A stretch of DNA of 64,000 nucleotides from Callorhinchus milii (GCF_018977255.1 NW_024704743.1:62250001-62314000); one strand, 5' to 3'. Positions 50,312 through 63,105 are shown, counted from the stretch's first letter. Notes: generated from the letters alone by a model not told the origin. Made by a program: numbers and translations.

Positions 50312-51214
50312 AAGCTAGTTAAAGTAGTAAACAGTGAGGAGGATAGTAGCAGACTTCAAGAGGACATTGACAAACTGGTAAAATGGGCAGACAAGTGGCA
50401 GATGAAGTTTAATGGGAGAAATGCAAAGTGATGCATTTTGTGAAGAAGAATGAGGAGAGGCAATATAAGCTGATGGGACAATCTTAAAGGGGGTGAAGGA
50501 ATAGAGAGATCTGGGGGTTCATATAAGTAAATCTTTGAAGATGGCAGGACAGGTAGATGAAGCTGTTAAAAAAGCATCCGGGATCCTAGGCTTTATAAAC
50601 GAGGCTTAGAATACAAAAGTCAGGAAGTAATGATGAACCTTTATAAAACACTGGTTAGGCTTCAGCTAAAGTACTGTGTTCACTTCTGGGCACCACACTT
50701 TAGGAAGGATGTCAAGGCATTCATTGGAGAGGGTGCACAGGAGATTCACCAGGATGGTACCAGGGATGAGGGACTTCAGTTATGAGGAGAGGCTAGAGAA
50801 GGTAGGATTACTCTCCTTGGAGCAGAGAAGGTTAAGAGGAGACTTAATAGAAGTTTTCAAAATTATGAGGGGATTCGATAGGGTGAACAAGGAGAAACTG
50901 TTCCACCAGTGGGTGGGTCAGTAATCTGAGGCCACCGATTTATAATAGTTATTAAAAGAAACAGAGGGGAGGTGAGGAGAAATTTTTTCCACAGCGAGTT
51001 GTTCGGATCTGGAATGCGTTGCCTGAAAGCGTGGTGGAAGCCGATTTAATAACAACTTTTAAGAGAGAAATAGATAATTATTTGGGAAGGACACATTTGC
51101 AGGGCTATGGGGAGAGAGCGAGGGAGTGGGCTTGAGTTGGATAACTCTTTTCAAAGAGCCGGCACAGATACAATGGGCCGAATGGCCTCCTTCTATGCTG
51201 TATAATTCTATGAT
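50312..51214 (+). mobile_element. CR1 LINE, 5'-truncated ~0.9 kb with intact 3' end
   Basis: LQEDIDKLVKWADKWQMKFN, LYKTLVR and LERVHRRFTRMVPGMRDFSYEERL with frameshifts; gggccgaatggcctcc hairpin and attctatg tail; attctat occurs at both ends (50305-50311 and 51205-51211). Confidence 0.95.
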
Positions 51215-51834
51215 AAACATCACAACAATTTTGAATCTACGACCTCCTGGGATTGTTAATTCTACGTACTCGTAGTAGAATTTTCATACATTCTACATAC
51301 AATGTGAACAAATATTTCCGGATTTCACTTTAACTTTAAGATTATGTCCTCTTGTTTTGGATTCACCTCTCAGACTCATACCTTCATTGTGTTAAACAGC
51401 TCAGTCAGATCACCACTTAAGGAACAAGGAACAATAAGAATTTTTTAAACAATGGATTTATAGGATAAAAGAAAGAAGGGTTATTTGTGCTGAACAATGG
51501 AGAAGAGAGCAGAGTAATTACTTAACAGGAAGCACTTATAAGCTGAGTGCCAGAGCAGTAAGGAGATAACAATGATTTGAAAAACAGGAAATAGAGAGAT
51601 GCTTGAAAAGGAAAATTATTAAAAGAGAATGGAAATTGAGCAGGAGAGTAGGATTCAATCAATTGATGTGGAAAAAACCCTCCAGAGCAGACTTGATGGA
51701 CTGAATGGCCTATTTATGTGCTTCAGATCTGAGTGTCAGGAAGTCAAACTACAATCCAGCAATTGTCAATGTCTGGATAGCAGAATGGCTTTCTCTTTCA
51801 TTTCCTTCTTTATAATGCTTGAAATTGGAATAGG

Positions 51835-52195
51835 GTAGCATCATAACACGTCAAAATGTCTCAAAGCATTTCACAGGATTTTTTGTACAGTGTAAAAATT
51901 GTATTTTTGTAGGTGAACAAAGCAGCCAATGTCCCACAAACAGCGATGAAGTGAAAATACACTTTTTCTGGGGATTGCTGGCCAGGCACGTGGAGAAACT
52001 CCCTTCTTTTTCTCAATTAGTTCCACGGGATCTGTAACACCCACCCTGACAGACGAGACGGGGGTCTCAGTTAAACATGTCATTTGAAGGACAGCACCCT
52101 GACAATGCAGTGGAGACCCCAACATTGCATTGGAGTGCCAACCTAGACTTTTCCACACAGAGGAGAGAATATTACCAACTGAGCCAGGCTGATGA
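51835..52195 (-). mobile_element. DeuSINE with internal deletions
   Basis: Reversed Deu domain and head (taccaactgagccaggctga). Confidence 0.82.
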
Positions 52196-53049
52196 TATCT
52201 GTGTTCTTAAGTTTTTGAGTTGTGAATTGGTTGTGTGCATTACCAAGTGATTTGAAATATGTTTCAAGTTCATTGCTTTGCATCCATGGATTCAGTTTGG
52301 CTGCAGAATAACGCATATTTATCTGTACATACATTTCTGATGTATTGGTTTGATGCATTTTGTAAACGTCTGCAAAAATCTGAAAGCATTAATGTACAAC
52401 ATAAGGTTTGTAATCTGAATCTATCCTTCTCAATTGTTTAATTCAACTGATACAATGTTTCAATTATTGAGAAGGGATGACTCAACTATGGGTTCCAAAA
52501 AGAATACTAAAATCAAACTGTTTAAGATGAAAAGTCATTTTTTTTATATTGGAAGTTACAAGTCATAAAATTAATCTTGTTCTTTAATAGCATGACCTAA
52601 GGTTATCCTTAATACTGCATAATAAGAACAATAATTTAATAGACAAATGTAAAATGAGAGGTCCTTTTCTGATTCTTGTATTTTACGTGGAGGTTTTAAC
52701 AGATCCTCCATATGTTTGCCCCTGAGCATACCAAGGATACATTTCATTCCCCTAGCCCAAATAAATTGGGCACCACTGCAATAAAACTGAGACAAGATCT
52801 AAATGACATTGCATTCTTTTGTGCCTCTGCTGTTATCACTTCCACATGTTTGTCACTGACATTTTCAATAAATTCCCATTCATTTCTAATCTGATGCGAT
52901 ATGTTTTGTCAATTCTGCTTACTATCAATTTTCTACGCTGTAAGACGGATAGGCAGCGGGCAAAAATATTCTTTTGTGGTGGGGGGAGGGGTATCAGTAA
53001 AACTCAGCTAAAGGGTTGGTCCCTTTAAAACTGGTGCAGCCAACAGGTG

Positions 53050-53290
53050 CCAGTGTCGAAGATAGCCAGCTCCCTCCTCCTCACCACACAAGCTCTATGC
53101 CAGCTTCAAACACGGGGACCCTGCTCTTCTCACTGCGCAAACTCCAAGGTCCATTGGTCAATCCGAGGCAAGGACACCCCAACGAGCAGCTGCAGGTCCT
53201 GAAGTGGGCAGGCATTGACAACCATTTGGAAGATGGACACGAGGGGGCCTGACAGTGCTGCGGGTTCAGGCTGCCTCGGAGGACTGGCTG
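53050..53290 (+). mobile_element. Possible decayed RTE-clade LINE 3' coding fragment
   Basis: GC-rich. LYASFKHG, KDT and LKWAGID occur in an order reminiscent of RTE LYxELKxG...KDTLK...GID. Weak. Confidence 0.3.
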
Positions 53291-53550
53291 TTGTCCTCCC
53301 AGAGGTCAGGGCTATCCGCTCCCAGCTCCCCTTAAAGAGATAGATGAGCTCATTTGCTCATTTCGTTCAGTTGGCAACACTCTGTGCGTGAGCACCAGTA
53401 GGTCTTTGTGCTCAAGCATTTTGCAAGGATTTTAGCCCATTGTCTAGATTTAAGCTCCAGGAGTTGCATGTTGCATTACGTAGGACACTGACTTTTTAAT
53501 TAGATGTTAAACCGAGATCTCATCTACCTCTTAAATTAGATTTTTTTAAA

Positions 53551-53915
53551 CTGGGTGTCTGACACATGTGGAAACCCACAGGCTTGAGAGCATCCAAACC
53601 AAACTGAGAATTCCATGTATCCCACCTACTCATTGAAATCCCAGAGATAGATTGTTGGAATGGAATGCGCACTCTCTCCCTGGAGGGACACATCCTGTTT
53701 ACATAATTCCAAAAAGTATTAGGTGTGGGTTGGCAAGAGCCCAGACTTGGGGATCCCAGAGAACGACTGGAGTCTAACCAGCTATAAACGCATAGCTTGC
53801 TATTGGTAGCAATGTCTGGCAAGCTTCCCTACTGCTTGTCCAGCTAGGACCACCCTACCCTTTAGGGCTTTGACTTGCAGGGTTAATGGGAGCTGAGGGG
53901 GATTACTCCCTGCCC
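53551..53915 (+). repeat. Unclassified ~350-bp repeat, copy 2
   Basis: Colinear match to 1124-1470. Confidence 0.9.
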
Positions 53916-54656
53916 CCAGTGACTGGTCGGCCCTTCCAGGATCTGCCAATGAGGCAGTCTGGAAGTGCTGCCATCAGCGGTGCCCTGGAATACTGTGGAG
54001 CCGTCTGGCTCAAGAACCAAATAATCGAGACTACCACAGAGGGTTGAATCGATTGTGATATTCCATTGTCTGCTTTATCAGCCAAAATCACCAAAACAAT
54101 TAGTTTGGCTATTTATCTTATTGCTGCTTAAGTGGAATTTGTGTGTCAAAAATTACCTGTACATTCAGAACCTGTACAGAACAATCCTTGTTCTTCAGTT
54201 GAACATAATGTGTGAGCATTTTGAGACATTTCACTGTGTTAAGGCTTCAAGTGCTCGTTCGTTTTGAGCCACCCAAAACAGTCAGTGATATCAAAGCTGC
54301 CACAAACATTCAGTAACGTATAAAAAGAAACTGGCCAAGTTACTTTAGAATGCTGTATGTAATTGGAAGATTTCTCTCACAAAAACCTGTTTGAGATATC
54401 AGGAGGAATGCAAGTCAAACCTTTTTTGTTGGCCAGCGAGGCATCTAGTACATGCGGTAAGCTGTCACCGTGCTCTCACCAATCATCAATCCCATTCTCC
54501 TCTACATATGGAGGACACAGATATATTCTTTGAAGTGAAAACAAGGCAAACACCAATTTCAGACAATTTTCCCCTTGTTCGTGCCAGTCTCTTGCATATA
54601 AATCCCACCAGCATTTCTTCTTCTTCTTATTATTATTATTAAGCGTAATTATTATT

Positions 54657-54874
54657 ACGCCTAATAATAATCCCTCCAAAACCAAAAACAATAATAAATT
54701 GGTCATTTTCAATCTACGGCTGTTTGTGGGACATTGCTGTGCGAAATTGGCTGCCGCGTTCGCCCACAAATATACAGTCAATTCACTTTACAGTGTGTTC
54801 TGTGAAGCGCTTTGGGACGTCCTCCCGACGTGAAAAGCGCTATATCAAATGCAAGGATTATTATTATTATTATT
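54657..54874 (+). mobile_element. tRNA-derived SINE, short form, 5'-truncated
   Basis: cgcctaataataatccctcc through gcgctatatcaaatgcaaggattattattatt; close to the other short-form copies. Confidence 0.92.
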
Positions 54875-54879
54875 CATGA

Positions 54880-57800
54880 GACAAAGGCATTTATTTACAA
54901 AGTTTTTTTTATTATTTCTGATGATCACATACTCTTTTTTTTGTTGAAGAAACAAATTATTTACATGGAGCTAAAGTACAAAAATATAACACAATATTTT
55001 ACAATATCAGGCTGCGCTGAAATATACTGCAGATACATTACATCACACACAGGTAAGCATCACACTTAACGGGCAGAACATTTGCCATTTTCCAGCAAAA
55101 GATTTCAGATGGCCCCAGAAGCATAAATCTTTAGTTAGCTCTAGTGGTATTTGCTTGAGGAGAAGGAAAGGCCGAGAGTCATCTCAAAGTCACCTTTTAC
55201 TAGAATACAAACGTACTCATGAGTTTATCCAATTCCTTTCCCACACTGTTTCTTGTATCCTCACTGCTGCCACCACCCATTGTCCTTTCCTCCTTCAGGG
55301 GGAGTGAGAAAGTCTGGCCGCCCTGTGATCAACAGTAGGGGCTGAATATCGGCAAAGCAAGGTCACACCAGAGTTTATTCTCTTCACCCAGATGATGCCA
55401 CATCCAAAGAATTCGCCCACAAAATACACAGTCAATTCACTTCACAGTGCATTCTGTGAAGCGTTTTGAGACATCTCGAGGACGTGATAGGGCGCAATAT
55501 CAAATGCAAGGATTATTATAGTTCTTATCCATCATCCATAGCCAAGATAGCAAAATAACAGCTCCACTCAGGAGGAATTTAATTCAAACTCTGCTTTCCA
55601 CATGGATCCCCTTAATGAAGTGCTCACTTCTGGAGCTGCCCACAGAAACCTATCAACACTTTTGAAATCTAATCTTTTCAATGGAGTTTTTATATTGACA
55701 CACTACATCTAAACAAAACATACCACACCAGCTCATAAAATTCCTTTTATTGTTTCTGCTCAAATAATTTCCCTTCAACTCTATCTAGAGCCTCTATATC
55801 AGTCTGAATAAACGGCGATCACTTCTGCATTTGACAAGCAGTTCTCCAAATGAAGAATACAAAATCGGAGAGGTGGATATCACGAAGATGGGTGATGGTA
55901 ATTATTTTTAAAAATACGCAATTTGCAACGACACATTAACTTTTTCTATGATGGCCAGGAAAGCGATTTAGAATTGTGTGCTGGAAATGTGAGTGGTTGC
56001 ACTCCCTGTTAGAAACCATTCTCAATGAAGGAATCACCAGAGTGTAGTATTCTGCTGTGCTTGCCTTACCCATGCAAACTAAAATCTATTGATCTTTACT
56101 CAAAAAACGTTAACTTCGGTCCACCAGTTTCAAAAAACAAACTATAAAAAACAGAAGCAGTTGTGTTGTAAACCTTTCCCCACATGGACAGTTGGAATCT
56201 CCTGTGGATGTAAACTTGGGCAGACAATGGCAGTGTGTTAGTGGATAATTGCTCGTAGGAAAAATGTCTGAGAAAAAACAAAAGCAGCAAACAAGCAATG
56301 TGTAAATTTAGCGATTAGTGGGAGCATGAAATGATCTGAATATTGGTTGTCACTGCCCACATATACAAACAATCAGAGCAAGAAGGTTGAATAGAATAAA
56401 GACTGCATTAGTTACTTAATCCAAGTTGCAGTTTTACTTATTCTAGAGCCAAATAGATTAAAGAGCTACTTGGAAACTGGTCAGTACACAGCCATTTGCA
56501 AAAGCAGCTGTCCTCTTATGTGATTAACCAACACATCATCTAAAGTCTAAAATGTTATAGCATTAAAAACATCAAATATATAATAATATCCAGATTACTG
56601 ATGCAGCATTGTGTCAGAATGAGCACCAAAGAAATGCCTTCAGAATTTTCCATGTGACACACACAATTGCGCATGTGTAGGGCTAACTTAATTTAGCATC
56701 TTGTCATTCTACAAAGCTTTCTTGAGCTACAGCTGCATCAGGCAGCTATTTTGCATCTAGCAAGGCCTCTCAAAAAATGTCAGCAAAGAACAATGACAGT
56801 GATTTGAATTCATCAGAGATTATCTATTGGGGCTGACTCAACACATATATAGAATCTAAGACCTCCTGGAGCCTCACATTTGTACTGGTTGACTTGCTAA
56901 GGGCTCCTACCACTTCTTTGAAGATTAAGAAAAGATGTCTAGAGCAAATGGCAAAGAGGAAGCCATTTTAATTCAAACAGCACGATATCGACATTTTAAA
57001 ATGACAATTACAATGAATTTAAAAATGATACTTCCTCATCAATTTATCTGTTTGTATGTTCATTGACGTCCCAAACAAATTACAACTCTCTCTCCAACAT
57101 TAGTCTTCATAGGTAAAACTCAGCTTGCTCCTAAAGTGTATAACCAGAGTCATTCTGAAACAATCAATTGATGTAAGAAAGCATTACACTGAAGAAATTA
57201 CAGCCTGAAGTTTCTTGTTAAGGAATATACTATTCGCTGTTGGAAAGTCCAGTGATACATGGGAACTGTTTCCCCCAAACAACTGAAGATAACAAATTTC
57301 TGTTTGCTTGAAAATGTACCCTGGAAATGACTCCCATTGACTTACATTTCATTTTTGCTCAGTTGTGTGACATTCTGTTTTTTTTTAAAAAAGTACCGTT
57401 TTCTCTAACACTAGAAAAATTCTCCAGTAACTAATCACTCTTTCCACTCCTCAGCTGATCTATATAACCCCCTTTGCATCAAATCAACAAGCTGACTTTC
57501 ACCCATTCAAACTATAGCAAAGTCATCTATTATTGCACTCATAAATAAACAAATGCACCATGTATGCTTTTATGTTTGATACAATACTATGAAATTGTTA
57601 AAGACAAAAATCCCTTTAGGTTAATTGAATTCATTGTTAGCTGTACTGTTAGACATTTGGCATAATACTGAATACTTGTATAATGTAACAGTACAACACT
57701 CTCAGTCTGACATAGATGTGTTGGTAGCCCTATAAAACTCAACAATCACACAGAAAATGACTGTATCTACCGCATTATATCACATCTAGAAGATTGGTCA

Positions 57801-58827
57801 TGAGAATCCATCTGAATCTGTAACTAACAACAGAAGTGCAAGGCAGATGCACACACAAGGCAGGAATAGGATAAGTGATTAGTCTATGTCCAGCAGAAGC
57901 TGCAGGTATTTACAACAGATGGGCTCTGCATAAAAGCCGTATTTGTTTCCTAACACAATTATTAATGCTGTCAACAGGAGATCAATTAAATTTCTTATTA
58001 AACTATATGTACTCAGTTAGCCATCTGCTACTCATATATTCAGTCGGTTATTTACAGAAGTTTGTATGTTTTCTCACTGAAAACATTTTCATGATTGTCT
58101 GATTCAAAGCACTAAATTGGAACTGATCAATAACTATGCAAACAGACATCAGGGAACACTTTAACAAAGCAGCAGCACAGGTGTTTAAAGGTCCACTTTC
58201 TGACTAACGTGGAAACAGTGCAACTGAATAGACACTTTGATCCATAAGCTGCATCTGGCAGACTCTTTGGAATGGCATGATTTGGGCAACAGTCAATGCA
58301 ACTGGACATTCCTAACTTCATGCAGTCGAAGGTGCAGCAGCCTCTTGGGAACATCATAGAAACTCGGCTTGCTGCTTTTTGCTAATAACAATTTGCTTCT
58401 CAATACTGTCCCAATTATTTTTGTGTTCCACTTTGTAGATGCTTGCATCTCTAGAATCATAATCATAGAGTATTATACAGTAAAAGCTTTGTTTCAGATA
58501 AATTGCAAAAGTACAAGCACATGGAATTCAATAATGTTCATCTTATGTCCACAGGCACTGTTCTTCCTTTAGGCGTTGTATGAGTTTGTTCACTTTAATA
58601 GAAGGAAAACGACCCTCAACTCTGTCACAGCAGGTCACAACGACTGGAATTCAGCTTCAGGCCTTTAGTTTTGTCATAGAGGTTATACTGTAGATGGGAG
58701 AAAGGCAGTAATGGAAGTCTGTTCAAATCAGTGCAGTGTTCACCTCCATTCCAGACTTGAAAGAGGTCTAAATGTTTATGGAGAACCTTTAGCGAGTAAA
58801 CTAACCAGTCTTCAGGGACCAACCACA
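54880..58827 (-). other. SEMA5A: Candidate long 3'UTR of SEMA5A (~3.9 kb)
   Basis: Follows the stop codon and is nearly free of the repeats that fill the flanks (one SINE tail at ~55413-55520). It ends in a U-rich block with two AATAAA signals on the minus strand. The end point is inferred. Confidence 0.55.
54890..54913 (-). terminator. Tandem polyadenylation signals (AATAAA x2)
   Basis: Plus-strand tttatt at 54890-54895 and 54908-54913, preceded on the minus strand by U-rich sequence and TGTA motifs. Confidence 0.5.
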
Positions 58828-58947
58828 CTAATAGTCATCATATGTATTTAGGTCTGTGAAGTAGGTGTTGGAAAAAGACTTTGCATGAAGATGTGGGTTA
58901 AAGTATTTATTTCGTTCTTCAAGGATCAAGTTGTTTTTGTTGAAAGC
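58828..58947 (-). CDS. SEMA5A: Semaphorin-5A terminal coding exon including the stop codon
   Basis: tttttag|GCT TTC AAC...GAC TAT TAG; 120 nt; AFNKNNLILEERNKYFNPHLHAKSFSNTYFTDLNTYDDY*, matching the SEMA5A (not SEMA5B) C-terminus as recalled. Confidence 0.96.
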   Translation of the reverse strand, partial: AFNKNNLILEERNKYFNPHLHAKSFSNTYFTDLNTYDDY

Positions 58948-59859
58948 CTAAAAAAGAGAGAGATTGTTCATTATTACTACCTTATTCTTGTAGTCTGTGG
59001 TAGTTTTAAATCCTTCTGAAACAATTGCAGTATTATAACTAGAAGTCAAGGTGGTCGTACAAAGGTAAGTCTGTAGTATTCTCCAATGTTTGAGATTTTG
59101 TGATCAGTCCTCCCTCAGACCCACACAGTACCCTCTCCCCACTAATTGTGATCCAGTCACATTCTTGAGGAGGAACTTGTAGTAAAGAACAAGACTGACT
59201 GTCGTACTTCCAAATGAATGAGGCCTCAACTGATTGCTTTGCGCTCTGGTACGCTACCCCGCATGGTGGGCAGGCGCTATATAAATGCAAGTTCTTGTTG
59301 TTGTTGTTTGCTTTTCAAAAGAACACAAAAGGGTGAAAAAATGCAGAATGTTACGTGATCAGCATATCACCGAAACGTGGGATCCAAACCGTTATTGACA
59401 GGTTTGGGAATGAACATCCGCCTGACCTCCACACAATGGTTTGGCCAAAGTCAGCCTTAGCCTTATTGTAGTCGCCCGTAATCGTTGCTTTTCAGTCCCT
59501 GCGTGGAATACAGGGATAACTCAATCAGAGCTTTTCATTCCACGGTTTTAAAGAACCAATTTGAGCAGAGCTACATTAAGTCTCATTAAATTTGACAACT
59601 CTTGGTGCTGATTTCACGCCTGCAAAAATGATTGGGAACAGTCTAACCCAATCCCACCAGGGACTCCAAAAGAGCCAATGACGATTTTTGATGTATTCAT
59701 CCACCCACACTACTAAACATTCTTCTTTTTGTTGTGCGAATAGTAGCATACTTTAATACTAAAGCATCGTCATGAACTCTTGACTTCCCCATTCCTTTAA
59801 ACTTTAATTCCCTTTGCTTGGTCATGTGCCAGATGGCAGCGCAATAGACGGCAGAAGTT

Positions 59860-59990
59860 ATAAAAAGAAAACGGCAGATGCTGGAAATGTGAAACAAACA
59901 AAGAAATGCTGAAAATCCACAGCCGGTCATTCAGCATATGAAAGAGAAGTACAGTCAATATTTCAGGCATGATCCTTCATTGGAAGATGG
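59860..59990 (-). mobile_element. Single-arm Penelope-type element with a degenerate hammerhead-like core, in the last SEMA5A intron
   Basis: gcagatgctggaaatgtgaaac...aatgctgaaaatccacagccggtcattcagcatatgaaagagaag matches the left arm at 29172-29245; the minus strand reads ccaatga-aggatcatgcct-gaaatatt. Confidence 0.65.
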
Positions 59991-60032
59991 CAAGAAATAA
60001 AGGATGTCCATATCCATGTTGAATGGTCTCAC

Positions 60033-60244
60033 CTTAATGGCTTCCACAGAATCAAATTTATCCAGCTTGTTGACGTGGTTTGTGATGCTGGTATTGAGAG
60101 GAACTGCTGAAATTGGGTGGATTACAGTGGCTTCATGGGACTGACGTTGATATCGTTGGCAGTAAGTATACACAAGCAGTGTCAGGAGACAGCCCAGGAT
60201 TGAGCAACTCAATCCTACAGCAATCATATGGAACATGTTGAACT
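60033..60244 (-). CDS. SEMA5A: Semaphorin-5A transmembrane and proximal cytoplasmic exon
   Basis: ttccag|AG TTC AAC ATG...ATT AAG|gtgag; 212 nt, phase 1-0; encodes EFNMFHMIAVGLSCSILGCLLTLLVYTYCQRYQRQSHEATVIHPISAVPLNTSITNHVNKLDKFDSVEAIK. Confidence 0.97.
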
Positions 60245-60352
60245 CTGGAAAGAATTTCAGAAATGTATGTGAAATGAGCATTCATTATCGAAACAGAACA
60301 ATTCCCGGCTGAGAGGCGTCTTTAATTGTAAGTTTAGGAAATCAATACTTAC

Positions 60353-60397
60353 CACCACATCTTCTCTCTCCTGAGCTCGACTGGGCTACGGAGATTT
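60353..60397 (-). CDS. SEMA5A: Semaphorin-5A 45-nt juxtamembrane exon
   Basis: ttttag|AA ATC TCC...TGT GGT G|gtaag; phase 1-1; encodes EISVAQSSSGERRCG (human, recalled: EVSVARSSSVEEKRCG). Not in the ORF track; read by hand. Confidence 0.93.
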
Positions 60398-61534
60398 CTA
60401 AAAGGAGCAAAAAAAACTATTAATTTTTGAAATTATGTTCATGTTAAAAATGTATCATTTCATAATTTGAAAATGTAAAGCTATGGGCATGAGATCAGAA
60501 TTGAAAGAAGTACATTTTGTTTATTGCTTTCCATATAATTTGCAGATTATATTGTTCTTTAGACAATAAATACCGTCTCCAATGTGGGAGCCATGACAGA
60601 ATGTGAAACGCATTTGTAAATAACAAATACTGCAGATGTCTCTCATACTGAGCTGCACTTGGGAACTCTACGCCAATGCAATCTCCCTACAGACACATCA
60701 GAACAGAGTTCCTGCAGTTCAGAGTGACGCACATATTTGGTAACCTTTTCAAATCCTTTTGTAACTGTCACATTTTGGATCTCAATAATGTTTTCTTCTA
60801 AAACCACTGCATGTTTGGTAATAGGGGGCAGGAGGGTGTAGGGGATTATGTCCCAATTTACTTTCCTTTCCACCCCCTTTCTATGTGGCCATGTCAGTGA
60901 GTGTTGGCAATCTATTAGACCCTGGGTTATCACAGCTACATCCAACCTGCCTTCACCAAATATCCACATATTTTTCACGTAACCAGATAGTGATCAGGGG
61001 TTGGAATTCCCTCCTGTGATTCACCCCATCCCATCTCCCACCTAACCTGGGGTGTTAGGGACAAGTCTATCATCTGTTTCTGCTCCAGTTGAAGTCAGCG
61101 AATGATGGACCTTCACTGGGTGTCAAAAAAAAGTTCCACTCTTAGCACTGACTCTCCTAAAGTTGTTGAACATTAATGTTCACTTAAAAACAGAAATCAG
61201 GTCTGATAAAAATGAAACCTCTCGATTATTTTCTTTTAACTTGATCCCTCAATATGACTTAAGAGTTAAGTGCATCCATACACTTACCCACATTTGATAC
61301 AAAGAGAATCTGCCTGGATCAGAGCAATATCACATTAATATGCTTAGATCCTGAAAAACACTGAAATATCATTCTAACTGCATTACGTGTGGATCATAGC
61401 TTCTATATAATGAGAGTGAATAGGAATAGTAGATTATAGTCGTGTGACTGGATCAGTAATTATGTAGGTTTGCTTTGATTTTAGTTGCACTCCAATGCAG
61501 CAATCTTGTTTTACCCTCACACAAGCCACATCTT

Positions 61535-61852
61535 TGTGGAGTCCTGTAGCTCAGTGGTTAGAGCACTCGCCTTGCAAGCGAGACACCTGGGCTCAATTCC
61601 AGGCAGGGTGAAACCTTGGGCAAGTTTCCTTACTCCACACGCCTAATAATAATCCCTCCAAAACAAAACAATAATAAATTGGTCATTTTCAATCCACGAC
61701 TGTTTATGGGACACTGCTGTGCACAATTGACTGCCGTGTTTCGTCCATAAATATACAGTCAATTCACTTTACAGCATATTCGGTGAAGCTCTTTGAGAAG
61801 TCTGGAAGCGTGAAAAGTGCTATATATATGCAAGAATTATTATTATCTTATT
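61535..61852 (+). mobile_element. tRNA-derived SINE, short form, full length, intronic and antisense to SEMA5A
   Basis: tgtggagtcctgtagctcagtggttagagcac head; possible short TSD atctt (61530-61534 and 61853-61857). Confidence 0.94.
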
Positions 61853-61964
61853 ATCTTTGAAATTTAAGCAATATTTTTGAGCCTGCTATGTGCTGATTTA
61901 TGCATAAGGCCTGTTTTGTTAAAAAAAAAGCTGCACTAAGGAACATTTTGTACCATTATGAGAT

Positions 61965-62240
61965 GGCAAGGATTCTTCCCACTTGGCTCCTGTTAATCCT
62001 GCAAGCTAAAGCCCTTAGCGATACGGTGGGTCTAGCTGGACATGAAGCGGGAAGACAGTATTTTCAATGGCAAATCGCACGCTTTTGGTTCGTTAAACTC
62101 CAGAAGTACCTGCCCAGATACCCCAAACACTTCACCCTGTTCCTAACCCTTTTCCGAATTTGCTGAACACTGTACATCCCTGAAGGGACAGAGTGCGCAC
62201 TCCATTCTAAATAACCACAACATTTCCATAAGTATCTGGA
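61965..62240 (-). repeat. Unclassified ~350-bp repeat, diverged reverse copy in a SEMA5A intron
   Basis: gttaatcctgcaagctaaagccct, tctagctggaca and tccctgaagggacagagtgcgcactccattc are reverse complements of copy 2 blocks. Confidence 0.75.
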
Positions 62241-62561
62241 ACACTCAATCAACCAAACAAACCCATCTCTGACGATGACCTTTATTCCTGGTCATGTAGA
62301 GCTTAAAGTACGTGGCAAGTATATGGATTTTACGTGAATTCTGTGCCGTTAGAAGTAATGGTAAAAGTCAAGTCACCCAACCTTGCTCACAGTTCTACCC
62401 ATAATTTGAGATAATAATATGATGATGTAATGGTGGTGGAAAAGGCAACTCCTTAATGAAGCATAATGAGCAGTAATTATGAGCTGTCTCAAGAACATCC
62501 CTAAATAGTAGTGAACGGCACAAAAACACAAAGCAAAGGCACAAGCAATACCCGTGCTCAC

Positions 62562-62717
62562 CAGGAATTAAATTGGAGTCATAGTCACAGGGTTGACTCT
62601 CGCTACTATTTTCAGAGCACTGGTTTCCCACAGGAAATAAAATGTTACAGTGACGTGTGCGGTGCTGTGAGCCTGAATCCTCACAGGCTGACCACTCTGA
62701 CCACTCCGACCAGCTAT
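62562..62717 (-). CDS. SEMA5A: Semaphorin-5A internal exon encoding the last thrombospondin type-1 repeat
   Basis: Minus strand reads ttcttcccatgcag|AT AGC TGG...ATT CCT G|gtgag; 156 nt, phase 1-1. It encodes xSWSEWSEWSACEDSGSQHRTRHCNILFPVGNQCSENSSESQPCDYDSNLIP, a WSxWSxW TSP1 motif matching the recalled SEMA5A sequence. Confidence 0.96.
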
Positions 62718-63105
62718 CTGCATGGGAAGAAAGAAAGGAATAACTGCTTAATCCCTGGAAAAGCAACAACTTCAAATTGTTAACCAAAATTCAATTGGTG
62801 AATAAGTAAAGTGATACTTGACCGCAAACATTCACAATATAACCAGATTATTACATTGAACAGGGGTACTGGATGGCACACTTTTCCTTTCACTGTAATG
62901 GGTGCTAAGTGAAATGGTTTGGGGCAATATCAACCCAGTTCAACCTGGATATAATTTTGCAGAACATAGCTCTAAATTACCACTCCCTCACAGGGGCCAG
63001 AGGGTAAAACTCCCACCCCATCCTCCTCTGCGTTTACATAGTTTACTGGTGTAGTCTGAGGAATTCGCTGCTCACTCTGAAACACTATTTTAGTGCGGAA
63101 CATTG

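Noticed and set aside
59955..60032. ORF read-through past the SEMA5A donor giving an alternative C-terminus (VRPFNMDM...)
   Set aside because: A canonical AAG|gtgag donor and an in-frame terminal exon explain the gene; the extension runs into repeat-derived intron sequence.
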